Origin: Myxococcota bacterium
GTDB taxonomy: Bacteria; Myxococcota_A; UBA9160; JAFDDA01
DNA: 64,000 nucleotides
Assembly (NCBI GenBank): GCA_965228475.1
Contig: OZ245817.1
Location: forward strand, 3,616,001 to 3,680,000
Reading direction: 5' to 3'
The position numbers were made by a program, and so were the translations under genes. Positions 47,001 to 55,625 of the stretch are shown here, one piece after another. Within the stretch, counting starts at the first letter, position 1; each line of letters opens with the position of its first letter. The notes beneath the pieces are model-generated. The model had not been told where the DNA came from. It worked only from the letters and a program-made list of their open reading frames with translations, and made no database searches.

Positions 47001-47372
47001 GATCTCGTAGGCACTCGCCTTCCCGGGCGGCAGGTACTCGAACTTGGTCTTGTACAGCTCGCTTCCGCCGCCGAGGAGCGGAGCAGTCGCCTCGAAGACG
47101 TTCTTGTCCCGCAGCGGCGGGCCGGGCTCGACGGCCACGGTGAATCGGCCGCCGGGGCCCTCGACGGCGGGAACGAGTTCGCCGTTCAGCCGGACCTCGA
47201 CGCCGCTCGCATCGTGACGAGCCGGGTCGAGCTGCAGCACGGCCTCGAACTCGTACGTGAGCACCGTCGAATCGTTGGGCGGGGACTGCCACGGGTCGGG
47301 CGGCGCGCAGCCCGGGCCGGCCGAGGCGAGGGCGACGAAGGCGAGGACGGGAAGGAGCAGAAGACGGTGCAT
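44052..47372 (-). CDS. Large exported PHP-like (CehA/McbA-type) metallohydrolase with beta-sandwich domains
   Basis: Signal peptide with Cys (AGPGC); DFHVHS..SPDS, ATDHD, GEEIT, GHYNAYP, INH, DTDTH. Confidence 0.8.
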   Translation of the reverse strand: MHRLLLLPVLAFVALASAGPGCAPPDPWQSPPNDSTVLTYEFEAVLQLDPARHDASGVEVRLNGELVPAVEGPGGRFTVAVEPGPPLRDKNVFEATAPLLGGGSELYKTKFEYLPPGKASAYEITDPADLLTGPLAHNRKGDFMLRNDVARFVVQQANVRDLYSIGQYGGNLIDAELLSDPGRDNFFEMAPSVNVETVINATSVVVLNDGQDGTAAIVESCGPDDLIDYINASGQVANFGVELPPGIDDQDYDVEGCTRYELEPRRSGEPGNRVLVTTTFFNNGPDPIGLFPGDYINGMGELEQYTKLDGPSSLFFDAGIGELTAIPGLSSFSYFGFGQAEGVSYGRIGLPSLGSGLSDSSFSTSGVSFILSENSVPNLLLPGADPPTIEIAPGESQGYSRVFLVGTGGASEIIDAEIELLGAQFGTLSGCVTVGGAPAPGARVAVGPESGGLIAELTTSFVTDAAGCYSGRVPVGSYSVAAAQEGAPYEGGGTTPLLHPIVVADGGAVVQDIALPATGRLRVAVVDPNRPGADKSLPARVTVVGFDPSPEPRITFNFLGFFIDDGGTFNDITKDPLPFGVSAVKYTGADGIVEFDVEPGSYEIAVSRGTEYSLHREPVTIQAGVTASVAAALTRVLETPGFVSSDFHVHSTNSPDSRISLLNRVEQFAGEGVENFVATDHDSRTDPNPAIAAEGLGAWLTGTTGEEITTFDTGHYNAYPLGLDPARPSGGSTDWGGSAPPGQDFPAFGSYILSPEEIHDKVLNQVDSNGLPQNTSNSVAVQINHINSHFAPLQIDTSAEPPQSFITPAEAAAFRLDPAVTNYFHPFPALELWNGSTRGAQNEFRFGRIGVWMNLLNQGYPTTFIADTDTHTFLNLRTAGARSWTASPTDDPSLIDPDDVGEAVLTGRSTGGQGLYVQTRLREADTPSNEASLALGGSTTLDTAGDGDVILVIDVQAPVWASFDTVEIYANAETSVSGTSGGTPVAFNAAPTATLVAGVDFVLPPPVVVDAGIPGAARQELQLELPYSLGEDTWFVVIVRGTDGVSEPMFPVYPSSLSQGGNGTLADLLDGNLGESGVLALGATNALYADVDGNPGFDAPGVRLAP

Positions 47373-47437
47373 GGGGCTCTCCAGCGACGGCATTCGAACG
47401 ACCGTTCATTCTACACCCTGCCGCCATGCAACCGACC

Positions 47438-47470
47438 TGGAAACGCCACCCTGGCGGCGTGGAAACGCCA
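47438..47470 (+). repeat. 11-bp direct repeat with 22-bp period
   Basis: TGGAAACGCCA at 47438-47448 and 47460-47470. Confidence 0.6.
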
Positions 47471-47525
47471 TCCGGCACATCCGGCAGGTGAAAGGAAGGC
47501 GCAGCCAGGCGGCAGGCCGGGCCGC

Positions 47526-48698
47526 CTAGCGGCGCGGCAGCCCGAGGGCGCGCTGGGCGACGATGTTGCGCTGAATCTCCGAGGTCCCGGCGTAGATCGT
47601 CGCGGCCCGGGACCAGAGGAGCTCGTGCTGCCAGAAGCCGTCGTCGACGGCGGCCGGGTCGCCCCCGGGAACGAGCGCTGCCTCCCCCAGGATCTCGAGC
47701 GCCGTGTCCTTGATCCGTTGATCGAGCTCGCTCCAGAAGATCTTCAGGACGGACCCTTCGGGACCGGGCTCCTCCCCGTGCTCGAGCTTCGTCGCGTTCC
47801 GGTAGCCGGTCATGCGCAGGATCATGAGCTCGCTCGCGAACTCTCCGAGCTTCTGGCGGATCACCGGGTCGTCGGCCGCCGTTCCCGAGCCGCGCGGGGT
47901 GCGTCTGGCCAGCTCGACGAGCTTTCGGAACTGCATCTGCAGCCGTTCGTGGGCGGAGGCCGTTCCGCGCTCGACGTTCAGGGTCGTCATGACCACGTCC
48001 CACCCGCGATGGAGCTCGCCGACCAGGTTCTCGCGCGGCACGCGGACGCCGTCGAAGAAGACCTCGTTGAACCAGGCCTCGCCGGTCATCTCGACGAGGG
48101 GCCGGATCGTGATCCCGGGCGAGCGCATGTCGACGAGCAGGAAGGAGAGGCCCCGGTGGCGCTGGCTCTCGGGGTCCGTGCGGACGACGAGAATGCACCA
48201 CTCCGAGTGCTGGGCGAAGCTCGTCCAGATCTTCTGCCCCGTGACGACGATCTCGTCGCCTTCGACGTCCCCGCGCGTGCGCAGGGCGGCGAGGTCCGAG
48301 CCGGCGCCCGGCTCCGAGAAGCCCTGGCACCAGACCTCTTCGCCGCGCAGGATCGGCCCGAGGTAGCGCTCCTTCTGCGCGTCGGTCCCATGATGGATCA
48401 GGGTCGGGCCGACCAGCGACGTGCCGACCGAGAGCTGGATCAGGTTCGGGGCTTCTGCGCGGGCGTACTCTTCTCCCCAGATGAGCGCCTCGATCACGCT
48501 GGCCCCGCGCCCGCCGAACTCGCGCGGCCAGGTCAACCCGGCGTAGCCGCCTTCGTGGAGGGTCGCCTGCCAGCGGCGCCCGAACGCCACGCGCTCCTCG
48601 GTGCGATCGGGGCCGGGCCCCTCGGGCACGTTGGCGCGGAGCCACGCGCGCACCTCCGTACGGAAGGCGGCCTGTTCGGGGGAGTCACGCAGATCCAT
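47526..48698 (-). CDS. Acyl-CoA dehydrogenase (alpha/catalytic type)
   Basis: WCQGFSEPGAGSDLA, GQKIWTS, FNEVFFD, TTLNVERG, TIYAGTSEIQRN. Confidence 0.95.
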   Translation of the reverse strand: MDLRDSPEQAAFRTEVRAWLRANVPEGPGPDRTEERVAFGRRWQATLHEGGYAGLTWPREFGGRGASVIEALIWGEEYARAEAPNLIQLSVGTSLVGPTLIHHGTDAQKERYLGPILRGEEVWCQGFSEPGAGSDLAALRTRGDVEGDEIVVTGQKIWTSFAQHSEWCILVVRTDPESQRHRGLSFLLVDMRSPGITIRPLVEMTGEAWFNEVFFDGVRVPRENLVGELHRGWDVVMTTLNVERGTASAHERLQMQFRKLVELARRTPRGSGTAADDPVIRQKLGEFASELMILRMTGYRNATKLEHGEEPGPEGSVLKIFWSELDQRIKDTALEILGEAALVPGGDPAAVDDGFWQHELLWSRAATIYAGTSEIQRNIVAQRALGLPRR

Positions 48699-49953
48699 GC
48701 AGGCTCCGTTCGGCGGCGGGGCCGACGCGGCTCGATCGTTCGTCGCGCACCCCCAGCATCATCCACAGGACCGCGCCGTTGACCAGGGTGAAGGCCACGA
48801 ACGCCGGCAGGTAGCTTCCGGTCCGGTCGAAGACCCCGCCCGCGAAGACCGGGCCGAGCCCCCCTCCGACGAAGAGCGCGACCATCAACACGCCGTAGAT
48901 CTTGGCCATGTGGTCGACGCCGAAGCTGTCCGCGACCAGCAGCGGCAGCAGCACGTTCTCCGCCGCCACGGCAAAGCCGTGCGCCAGCAGGAAGAGCAGC
49001 AGGAGGAGCGGCTGGTTCGCGAACAGCAGCAGCACCGAGGCGAGCCAGAGCAGGGCGAAGTTCAGGAGCACGGCGCGCCGGTGGGAGATGCGGTCGGCGA
49101 ACCAGCCGATCGAGAGCTTCCCCGCCACGCCGACGAAGGCGGCGCCCGCGAAGCTCGCCGCGGCCCGGCCGTCGGAGTAGCCGACGTCGCTCAGGTACGC
49201 GGCCAGGTGTTGATGGACGCCCAGGTAGTAGAAGTAGAAGAACACGAGGCCCGCGAAGAGAAGCCAGAACGAGCGGGTGCGGAGGGCGGCGGAGAGGTCG
49301 AGTGCATCGGGCCCGACGGCGCCCGCGTGGGTCGCGATCTCGCCCTCCCCCTCGGGCACCCAGCCATCGGGGGGCTCGCGCACGGCGAACCAGGTGAAGG
49401 GGAGGATCAGCGCGAGGACGAGACCCGCGATCACCACCAGCGCTTCGCGCCAGGAGCCGCCCGGACGTCCCGCGATCCATGCCGCCAGCAGCGGGATCAC
49501 CGTTCCCCCGAGGTTCGAACCGGTGTAGACGAAGCCGAGCGCGAGGCCCCGCCCGTTCGCGATCCACTGGGAGGTCACCGCCGCGACCGGGATGTCGCCG
49601 AGCCCGACCAGCGAGATCCCCATGCACAGCGAAAGCGCGTAGAAGTGCCACAGGGCGTCCATCTCGCTGATGCCGACGAAGGTCCCCGCGAGCAGGACCG
49701 CCGCGCCGGACATCACACCGCGCGCACCGAGGCGATCCGTCAGCGCGCCGACGAGCGGGGAGCCGACGGCGTAGCCCAGCAGCAGCGGCACGCTCGACCC
49801 GGCGAACTGGGCGCGCGACCACTCGAACTCCGAGACGATGTGCTTGAGCATCACCCCGAAGAAGTACGAGCAGCCGAGCCCGATCTGCGCGACGAGGCAG
49901 CCGACGAGCACCGGGCCCGAGGGCCCGCGAAAGGCTCGCGCGAGCTCGTTCAC
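48685..49953 (-). CDS. MFS transporter
   Basis: About 12 TM; GALTDRLGAR and GWFADRIS loop motifs; GTGA overlap. Confidence 0.9.
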   Translation of the reverse strand: MNELARAFRGPSGPVLVGCLVAQIGLGCSYFFGVMLKHIVSEFEWSRAQFAGSSVPLLLGYAVGSPLVGALTDRLGARGVMSGAAVLLAGTFVGISEMDALWHFYALSLCMGISLVGLGDIPVAAVTSQWIANGRGLALGFVYTGSNLGGTVIPLLAAWIAGRPGGSWREALVVIAGLVLALILPFTWFAVREPPDGWVPEGEGEIATHAGAVGPDALDLSAALRTRSFWLLFAGLVFFYFYYLGVHQHLAAYLSDVGYSDGRAAASFAGAAFVGVAGKLSIGWFADRISHRRAVLLNFALLWLASVLLLFANQPLLLLLFLLAHGFAVAAENVLLPLLVADSFGVDHMAKIYGVLMVALFVGGGLGPVFAGGVFDRTGSYLPAFVAFTLVNGAVLWMMLGVRDERSSRVGPAAERSLHGSA

Positions 49954-50426
49954 CCTGCGGCGGGGGCGTAGAGCACGAGGCCCTTGTAGAGCAGCGACGG
50001 CTTCTCGTTCCCGACGACGTGCACCGCCGTTTCGGTCGTGACGAGCGTCCCCTTCGGCTTCGCCACGGCCGCAGCGAGGCGCGCGCGGGCATGCACCTGG
50101 CTCCCGCAGGGGACCGGCGCCAGGAAGCGGAAGCCGTCCGATCCGTAGTTGACCGCGCTCCCGTACCCGACGATGGAAACCGTTTGCCCGGGGCGCAGGG
50201 CCGGAACCAGCGAGAGCGTGAAGAAGCCGTGGGCGATGGGGCCGCCGAAGGGGCTCTCCTTCTTCGCGCGCTCGACGTCGACGTGGATCCACTGATGATC
50301 GCCGGTGAGTTCGGCGAACCGGTCGACCTTTTCCTGGGTCACGTCGGTCGGCGGGCCCCACTCGCCGAACTCCTCGGAAACGGCGGCGGACAGCGCGGTG
50401 ACGTCGTCGAAGCGGATCTCTTGCAT
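49950..50426 (-). CDS. MaoC family dehydratase
   Basis: FAELTGDHQWIHVD..PIAHGFFTLSL; ATG 50426. Confidence 0.92.
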   Translation of the reverse strand: MQEIRFDDVTALSAAVSEEFGEWGPPTDVTQEKVDRFAELTGDHQWIHVDVERAKKESPFGGPIAHGFFTLSLVPALRPGQTVSIVGYGSAVNYGSDGFRFLAPVPCGSQVHARARLAAAVAKPKGTLVTTETAVHVVGNEKPSLLYKGLVLYAPAAG

Positions 50427-50440
50427 GGTTCCTCCTTGAG

Positions 50441-51649
50441 TCAGCGCACGACGCCATCGGCCTCGAGCGCGGCGATCTCCTCCTCGGAGAGCCCGAGGAG
50501 GCCCCCGAGCACTTCCCTCGTGTGTTCTCCGAGATTCGGTCCAGGGCGGCGAAACCCGCCTTCGCTCTCGCCGAGGCGGAACCCCGATCGCTCGAAGGCG
50601 AGCGTTCCGAGATGAACGTGTTCGATCGGGACGAAGTGCTTTCGGTGAGCGAGCTGGGGGTCGGCGAGAAGCGCATCGAGATCCGCGACGGGGCCGGCTG
50701 CGACGCCCGCCGCCTGGAGGCGCTCCGAAAGCTCCGCGGCTTCGCGTTCCCGCGTGAAGGCCGCGAGGTGCCCGTCGATCTCTTCCTCCGCGGCGAGGCG
50801 CCCGGCGACCCCCGCGAGCGAATCGTCGCTCGCCCACGCCGGCTCCCCGAGCACGCCCCGCAGCGCCCGCCACGCCTCGTCGTCCGTCACCTCGATCGCG
50901 ATCCAGGCATCCTCTCCGCGGCACGGGTAGACGCCGTGCGGTGCGGCGCGCTCGCTCGCGTTGCCGCGCCGCGTCTCCACTTCCCCGTTCGCGCTGTAGC
51001 GGACGACCATCTCGGAGAGCCCGTAGACGCCGGCCTCGATCTGGGAGACGTCGATCGTCCGCCCGCGGCCCGTGCGCTTCCTCTCGAGCAGTGCCGCCGC
51101 CAGGGCGACGGCCACGAACCGCGGCGCGAGGGAGTCCGTGATGGTCCCGTAGGGTCCGTGAGCCTCGCGGTCGGGCCAGCCCGTCAGATGGTTGAAGCCG
51201 GCGATCGCGGAGCCCTGCCCGCCGAACCCCGGGTACTTGCGCTGCGGCCCGGTCTGACCGAACAGGCAGCCGGAGACGACGATGGCGTCGGGCCGGATCG
51301 CGTGGATCCCCTCGGCGTCGAGCCCCCACTTTGCCATCACGCCCGGCGAGAAGTTCTCGGCGACCACGTCCGCCCAGGCGACCAGGCGCTTCACGAGGGC
51401 GACGCCGGCCTCGCTCCGCATGTCGATGGCGACGCTCTCCTTCTCCGGGTTCAGCAGGACGTACATCGGCGATCCGTCGAGACCGTGCTTGGAGTCCTTC
51501 GTCAGAAAGAGCGCACGCAGAAAGTCGGGGCGCGCCGCGGATTCGACGCGCACGACGCGCGCCCCCTGCTCGGCGAAGTACCGCGTCGCCACGGGGCCCG
51601 CCGCCCCGGAGCCGAGTTCGAGCACGTTCAGTCCGGCGTAGACCGACAC
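50441..51649 (-). CDS. Family III CoA transferase (CaiB/BaiF), BbsF-like
   Basis: ADVVAENFSPG, FGQTGP, YGTITD, PNLGEHT; GTG overlaps the upstream TAG. Confidence 0.92.
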   Translation of the reverse strand: MSVYAGLNVLELGSGAAGPVATRYFAEQGARVVRVESAARPDFLRALFLTKDSKHGLDGSPMYVLLNPEKESVAIDMRSEAGVALVKRLVAWADVVAENFSPGVMAKWGLDAEGIHAIRPDAIVVSGCLFGQTGPQRKYPGFGGQGSAIAGFNHLTGWPDREAHGPYGTITDSLAPRFVAVALAAALLERKRTGRGRTIDVSQIEAGVYGLSEMVVRYSANGEVETRRGNASERAAPHGVYPCRGEDAWIAIEVTDDEAWRALRGVLGEPAWASDDSLAGVAGRLAAEEEIDGHLAAFTREREAAELSERLQAAGVAAGPVADLDALLADPQLAHRKHFVPIEHVHLGTLAFERSGFRLGESEGGFRRPGPNLGEHTREVLGGLLGLSEEEIAALEADGVVR

Positions 51650-52863
51650 TAGACGACCCCGTCCGCCGCGAGCTTCTCGAGTTCGCCCGGCCCGAGGCCG
51701 AGTTCTTCGTAGACCTCGGCGTTGTGTTCCCCGATGCGGGGCGCGCGTCGGCGGATCCCGACCGCGCCGTCGCCGGCCCGTGCGAAGAAGGCCGGGTGCT
51801 CGATGGCCGCACCGAGTTCGGGGTAGTCGAGGGTCGTGAACAGCTCGCGGCTGCGCAGCTGCGGATGCGCGAGGATCTCCCGCGCGTCGTTGCACGGGGC
51901 GAGCAGGATGCGGCGCTCGAGCGCCCCGTCGTAGAGCTCGCGCATGGTGCGGCTCGCGAAGAAAGCGCCGAAGGCGTCTTCGAGCCGCGCGACCTCTTCG
52001 TCGGAAACGGTGAGATGGCTGTAGCCCGCCCAGTCGTACCCGCGCAGCCAGTCGGGCGCGAGGTCCGCTTCGGCCATCCACGAGACGGTCGCCTCGAGGT
52101 TCGGGATGCGGGCGGCGCCGCCGCGCAGACCGAACGAGATCCAGCCATCGCGGGCCGCCCAGATTTCCCGGGTGCGGCCGAGACGCGCGCCGCTTCGCCG
52201 CAGGGGCCGAGGCTGGTGTGCGTGCTGACCCGGCGCCGAGAGCAGACTCTGCAGCTGGGTCTCGTGGAGGGAGACGTCGACGTGCTGGCCGCGCCCCGTC
52301 TCTTCGCGCTGATGGAGCGCCATCACGATGCCGAGGGCCGCCTCGGGCCCGGCGTGGATCCACGCGCTCGGGAGACTGCATCGGACCGGCGGCCGGTCCG
52401 CGTGGCCGGTGAGCATCATGTTCCCGCCCAGGGCCACGACGACGAGGTCGCCGGCCCGCCAGGAAGCGCGGGGCCCGCTTCCGCCGAACGGGGTCACCGA
52501 ACACCAGACGAGGCCCGGTGCGTCGGCCCGGCAGTCCTCGAAACCGATCCCGTCCGCCGCCATCTTCCCGGTCGGCGCGGTCTCGAGGACGACGTCGAAG
52601 CGCGCGGCCAGGCGGCGGAAGACCGAACGGCCCGCCTCGCTCGCCCGGCAGAGGGTGATGCCGCGTTTGCTCGTGTTGAGCGCGAGCCAGGCGAGGCTCC
52701 GCTCGGGGTCCGCTTCGCCGTTCAGGTAGGGCGCGCGGCGCCCGCGCAGATCGCCTCCGGGCGGTTCGACCTTCACGACGTCGGCGCCGAGGTCGCCGAG
52801 CACCTTCCCGGCGAGGAAGCCCGATTCGTCCGAGAGGTCGAGCACGCGCACGCCGGCCAGCAA
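51649..52863 (-). CDS. Family III CoA transferase (CaiB/BaiF), BbsE-like
   Basis: VRVLDLS, LGADVVKVEPPGGD, LNTSKR, GRGQHVDVS, APRIGEHN. Confidence 0.92.
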   Translation of the reverse strand: MLAGVRVLDLSDESGFLAGKVLGDLGADVVKVEPPGGDLRGRRAPYLNGEADPERSLAWLALNTSKRGITLCRASEAGRSVFRRLAARFDVVLETAPTGKMAADGIGFEDCRADAPGLVWCSVTPFGGSGPRASWRAGDLVVVALGGNMMLTGHADRPPVRCSLPSAWIHAGPEAALGIVMALHQREETGRGQHVDVSLHETQLQSLLSAPGQHAHQPRPLRRSGARLGRTREIWAARDGWISFGLRGGAARIPNLEATVSWMAEADLAPDWLRGYDWAGYSHLTVSDEEVARLEDAFGAFFASRTMRELYDGALERRILLAPCNDAREILAHPQLRSRELFTTLDYPELGAAIEHPAFFARAGDGAVGIRRRAPRIGEHNAEVYEELGLGPGELEKLAADGVV

Positions 52864-52898
52864 GTCGGATCCTCCCGGCCCGGTAGGGTATCACCGTT

Positions 52899-52915
52899 TC
52901 TGACACATCGTCAGA
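52899..52915. promoter_or_regulatory. TCTGAC-N5-GTCAGA operator, copy 3, in divergent promoter region
   Basis: TCTGAC-ACATC-GTCAGA; TATGCT -10-like hexamer at 52925. Confidence 0.8.
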
Positions 52916-52956
52916 TTCGTGGAGTATGCTGCGGCCGATGCACGAGCCGGGTTCCG

Positions 52957-53736
52957 ATGCACGTTCGTGAGCTGCTCGACCTCTCCGGGCGCACGGCCCT
53001 CGTGACCGGCGGCGGCCGCGGGATCGGTCGCCACATCGCCGAAGGCCTCGCGGAGGCGGGCGCCGACGTCGTCGTCGTGTCGCGAAAGCGCGCGAACCTC
53101 GATGCGGCCGTCGCCGCGATCGAAGCCGAAGGCCGCCGGGCCTGGGCCTTCGAAGCCGACCTCTCGAAGCCCGAGGCGATCGACCGCGTCGTGGCCAGCG
53201 TGGCCCAGGAGATCGGACGCGTCGACGTGCTCGTCGCGAACGCGGGCTTCGCCTGGGGCGAGCCGGTGCTCGAGCACGGCCTCGAAGGCTGGGACAAGGT
53301 CTACGACCTGAACGTGCGCGGCACCTTCTACCTCTGCCAGCAGATGGCGCGCGCCATGAAGGACGCCGGCGGCGGCGCGATGATCCTGGTGAGCTCGATC
53401 TCCGGCCTGCGCGGCGCCCGCGACGAAGAGCAGCCGTCCATCGCCTACAACTCGAGCAAGGGCGCCCTCGTCACCCTCACCAAGGATCTCGCGGTGAAGC
53501 TCGCCCCCTTCGGCATCCGCGTGAACGGCATCGCGCCCGGGCCGTTCTCGACGGACATGATGGATCACATGCGCGAGAACCCCGAGCGCTGGGCCGGGTT
53601 CCGCAAGCGCATCCCGCTCGACCGCGCGGGGGAAGCCGACGACGTCAAGGGCGCCGCCGTCTTCCTCGCGAGCCGCGCCGCCGCCTACGTGACGGGGCAC
53701 ACCCTCGTCGTCGATGGCGGCATCATGGCGATGTGA
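52957..53736 (+). CDS. SDR family oxidoreductase
   Basis: TGGGRGIG, ANAG, YNSSK, VNGIAPG; ATG 52957. Confidence 0.93.
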   Translation: MHVRELLDLSGRTALVTGGGRGIGRHIAEGLAEAGADVVVVSRKRANLDAAVAAIEAEGRRAWAFEADLSKPEAIDRVVASVAQEIGRVDVLVANAGFAWGEPVLEHGLEGWDKVYDLNVRGTFYLCQQMARAMKDAGGGAMILVSSISGLRGARDEEQPSIAYNSSKGALVTLTKDLAVKLAPFGIRVNGIAPGPFSTDMMDHMRENPERWAGFRKRIPLDRAGEADDVKGAAVFLASRAAAYVTGHTLVVDGGIMAM

Positions 53737-54244
53737 AGTCGGCGCGCGCGAGGGCGTAGTGGATCGTCTCGCCCGAGGGGCCGGGCTCCCGACCCGTCTC
53801 GATGAAGCCGAGGCGGTCCGCAACGCGGATCGACGCGGCGTTCGGGGAATCGATGCTCGCCCGGATCGGGTCGAAGCCCCGGGCCTCGAAGCCCCAGGCG
53901 AGCGCTGCACGGGCCCCCTCGACGGCGAACCCCCTGCCCTGGCTGTCCGTATCGAGGACCCAGATGATCTCGCGCACCGGCGGCTCGAAGAACTCGCGGT
54001 AGCCGAACAGGCCGACGATCCCGCCGCTCTCGCGGCCTTCGGCCAGGAAGAGGCCGGCGCTTTCGCGGAAGTCCTCCTGGCTCTGGGCGATCACCTCCTC
54101 GCTCCAGGAGCGGGGCATCACCTCGTCGTCGAGCAGGTAGCGGCGCACGACGGGCTGGGCGAAGAGCGCTTCGAGGCCTTCCGCGTCGGACGGTTCGAGG
54201 GGGCGCAGCCGCAGCCGCTCGGTTTCGAGAAGGGGATTCGCCAT
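53723..54244 (-). CDS. RimJ/RimL-type GNAT acetyltransferase
   Basis: LETERLRLRPL, QGRGFAVE, NAASIRVADRLGF. Confidence 0.88.
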   Translation of the reverse strand: MANPLLETERLRLRPLEPSDAEGLEALFAQPVVRRYLLDDEVMPRSWSEEVIAQSQEDFRESAGLFLAEGRESGGIVGLFGYREFFEPPVREIIWVLDTDSQGRGFAVEGARAALAWGFEARGFDPIRASIDSPNAASIRVADRLGFIETGREPGPSGETIHYALARADFTSP

Positions 54245-54305
54245 GGCCGGAGCGTAGCGAGCACCTCGGGGCCCGGTAGACTGACGCCGCGCTCGCGGAG
54301 GAAGC

Positions 54306-55142
54306 ATGAAGCAACTAGAGGATCGCGTGGCCGTCGTCACCGGCGCCGCGAGCGGCATCGGCCGGGCCCTGGCCGTCGCGTTGGCGAAGAAGGGCTGCCA
54401 CCTCGCCCTGGTGGACGTGAACGAAGCGTGCCTGCAGGAGACCGCGGCGATGGCCGGAGCGACCGGCCGCAAGGTCTCGACCCACCTCGTCTCCGTCGCC
54501 GACCGCGAGGCCATGCGCGCGCTGCCCGAGCAGGTCGTCGCAGAGCACGGCCACGTCCACATCGTGGTGAACAACGCGGGGGTCGCCCTCGACGCGAGCT
54601 TCGAGGACGCGAGCCTCGAGAACCTCGACTGGATCGTCGGGATCAACTTCTGGGGCGTCGTCTACGGCTGCAAGTTCTTCCTGCCCTACCTCCGGCGCGA
54701 GGAGGAAGCCCACATCGTGAACCTCTCGAGCCTGTTCGGAATCATCGGCGTGCCACGCAACAGCGCCTACTGCGCCACGAAGTTCGCGGTGCGCGGCATG
54801 ACCGAGTCCATGTGGTGCGAGATGTCGAAGGAGGGCATCGGCCTCTCCACCGTCCACCCCGGCGGCATCAAGACCAACATCGCACGCGCCGCGCGCACGG
54901 GCGCCGGAACGGACACGAGCGAGTTCGCCGGCGAGTTCGACAAGCTCGCCCGCACCTCGCCCGAGCGCGCCGCCGAGAAGATCGTGCGCGGCATCGAGAA
55001 GAACCAGCTCCGCGTCCGCATCACGAGCGAGACGTACCTGCTCGACTGGCTGAAGCGCCTCTTCCCGACCGCGACCCAGGCGCTGATCCGGCGCGGCGCG
55101 GACCGGGTCCCGCAACAGCCCTCGGCCGGCACCCCGTCCTAG
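54306..55142 (+). CDS. SDR family oxidoreductase
   Basis: TGAASGIG, NNAG, YCATK, VHPGGIKT. Confidence 0.95.
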   Translation: MKQLEDRVAVVTGAASGIGRALAVALAKKGCHLALVDVNEACLQETAAMAGATGRKVSTHLVSVADREAMRALPEQVVAEHGHVHIVVNNAGVALDASFEDASLENLDWIVGINFWGVVYGCKFFLPYLRREEEAHIVNLSSLFGIIGVPRNSAYCATKFAVRGMTESMWCEMSKEGIGLSTVHPGGIKTNIARAARTGAGTDTSEFAGEFDKLARTSPERAAEKIVRGIEKNQLRVRITSETYLLDWLKRLFPTATQALIRRGADRVPQQPSAGTPS

Positions 55143-55145
55143 GCC

Positions 55146-55532
55146 CTACCCCTTCCGAGCGATCGCCCGGATCTCGGCGAGCAGACCCGGAACCACGAGT
55201 GCCGTGACACCGACGGCCGTCCAGGCCGGGAACGGCTCCTCGATGAAGCGGCCCTTCACCTCGGCGAACTTGCCGATGTGGTCCGGCAGGTCGACGTGAT
55301 AGGTCGTGAGGTCGACGAGATCCGCAAAGCCGAGACCCGCCTCCTCGAGCACCGAGGCGAGGCTCTCGAAGGCGAGCTCGAACTGGCGCCCGGGCTCCGA
55401 GGGAACGCGCCCGTCGGCCTCGAGCCCCACCTGCCCCGAGATGAAGACGAACGGGTCGCTCTCGATTCCCGCCGAGAAACCGAACTGGCGATTGACCGCG
55501 GCCGTCGCGGCCGGCTGAACGGGCTTCTTCAT
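55146..55532 (-). CDS. RidA/Rid family protein
   Basis: FISGQVG, PAWTAVGVTAL, AEI; ATG after GGAGG. Confidence 0.9.
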   Translation of the reverse strand: MKKPVQPAATAAVNRQFGFSAGIESDPFVFISGQVGLEADGRVPSEPGRQFELAFESLASVLEEAGLGFADLVDLTTYHVDLPDHIGKFAEVKGRFIEEPFPAWTAVGVTALVVPGLLAEIRAIARKG

Positions 55533-55554
55533 GGCTTCCTCCACGGGGCCGCGC

Positions 55555-55613
55555 TTGCAATGCGAGGCCGCGAAGGGTCATGCTAAGGGCTCGAGACAGC
55601 AGCGCCAGCTGTC
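55555..55613 (+). promoter_or_regulatory. Candidate sigma70 promoter and downstream inverted repeat for the CYP153 operon
   Basis: TTGCAA-18bp-CATGCT followed by GACAGC-N7-GCTGTC just before GGAGG. Confidence 0.35.
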
Positions 55614-55625
55614 CTGGAGGGCCCC

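Noticed and set aside
47396..47407. GAAC-N4-GTTC matching the Gram-positive LexA box
   Set aside because: Single short site, diderm host and no DNA-repair gene downstream; kept only as a generic palindrome.
43410..48782. 1790-aa plus-strand ORF and similar long antisense ORFs (17730..21650, 29851..31635 portion, 26196..28832)
   Set aside because: Shadow frames of real minus-strand genes in high-GC DNA; Arg/Gly/Pro-rich with no motifs.
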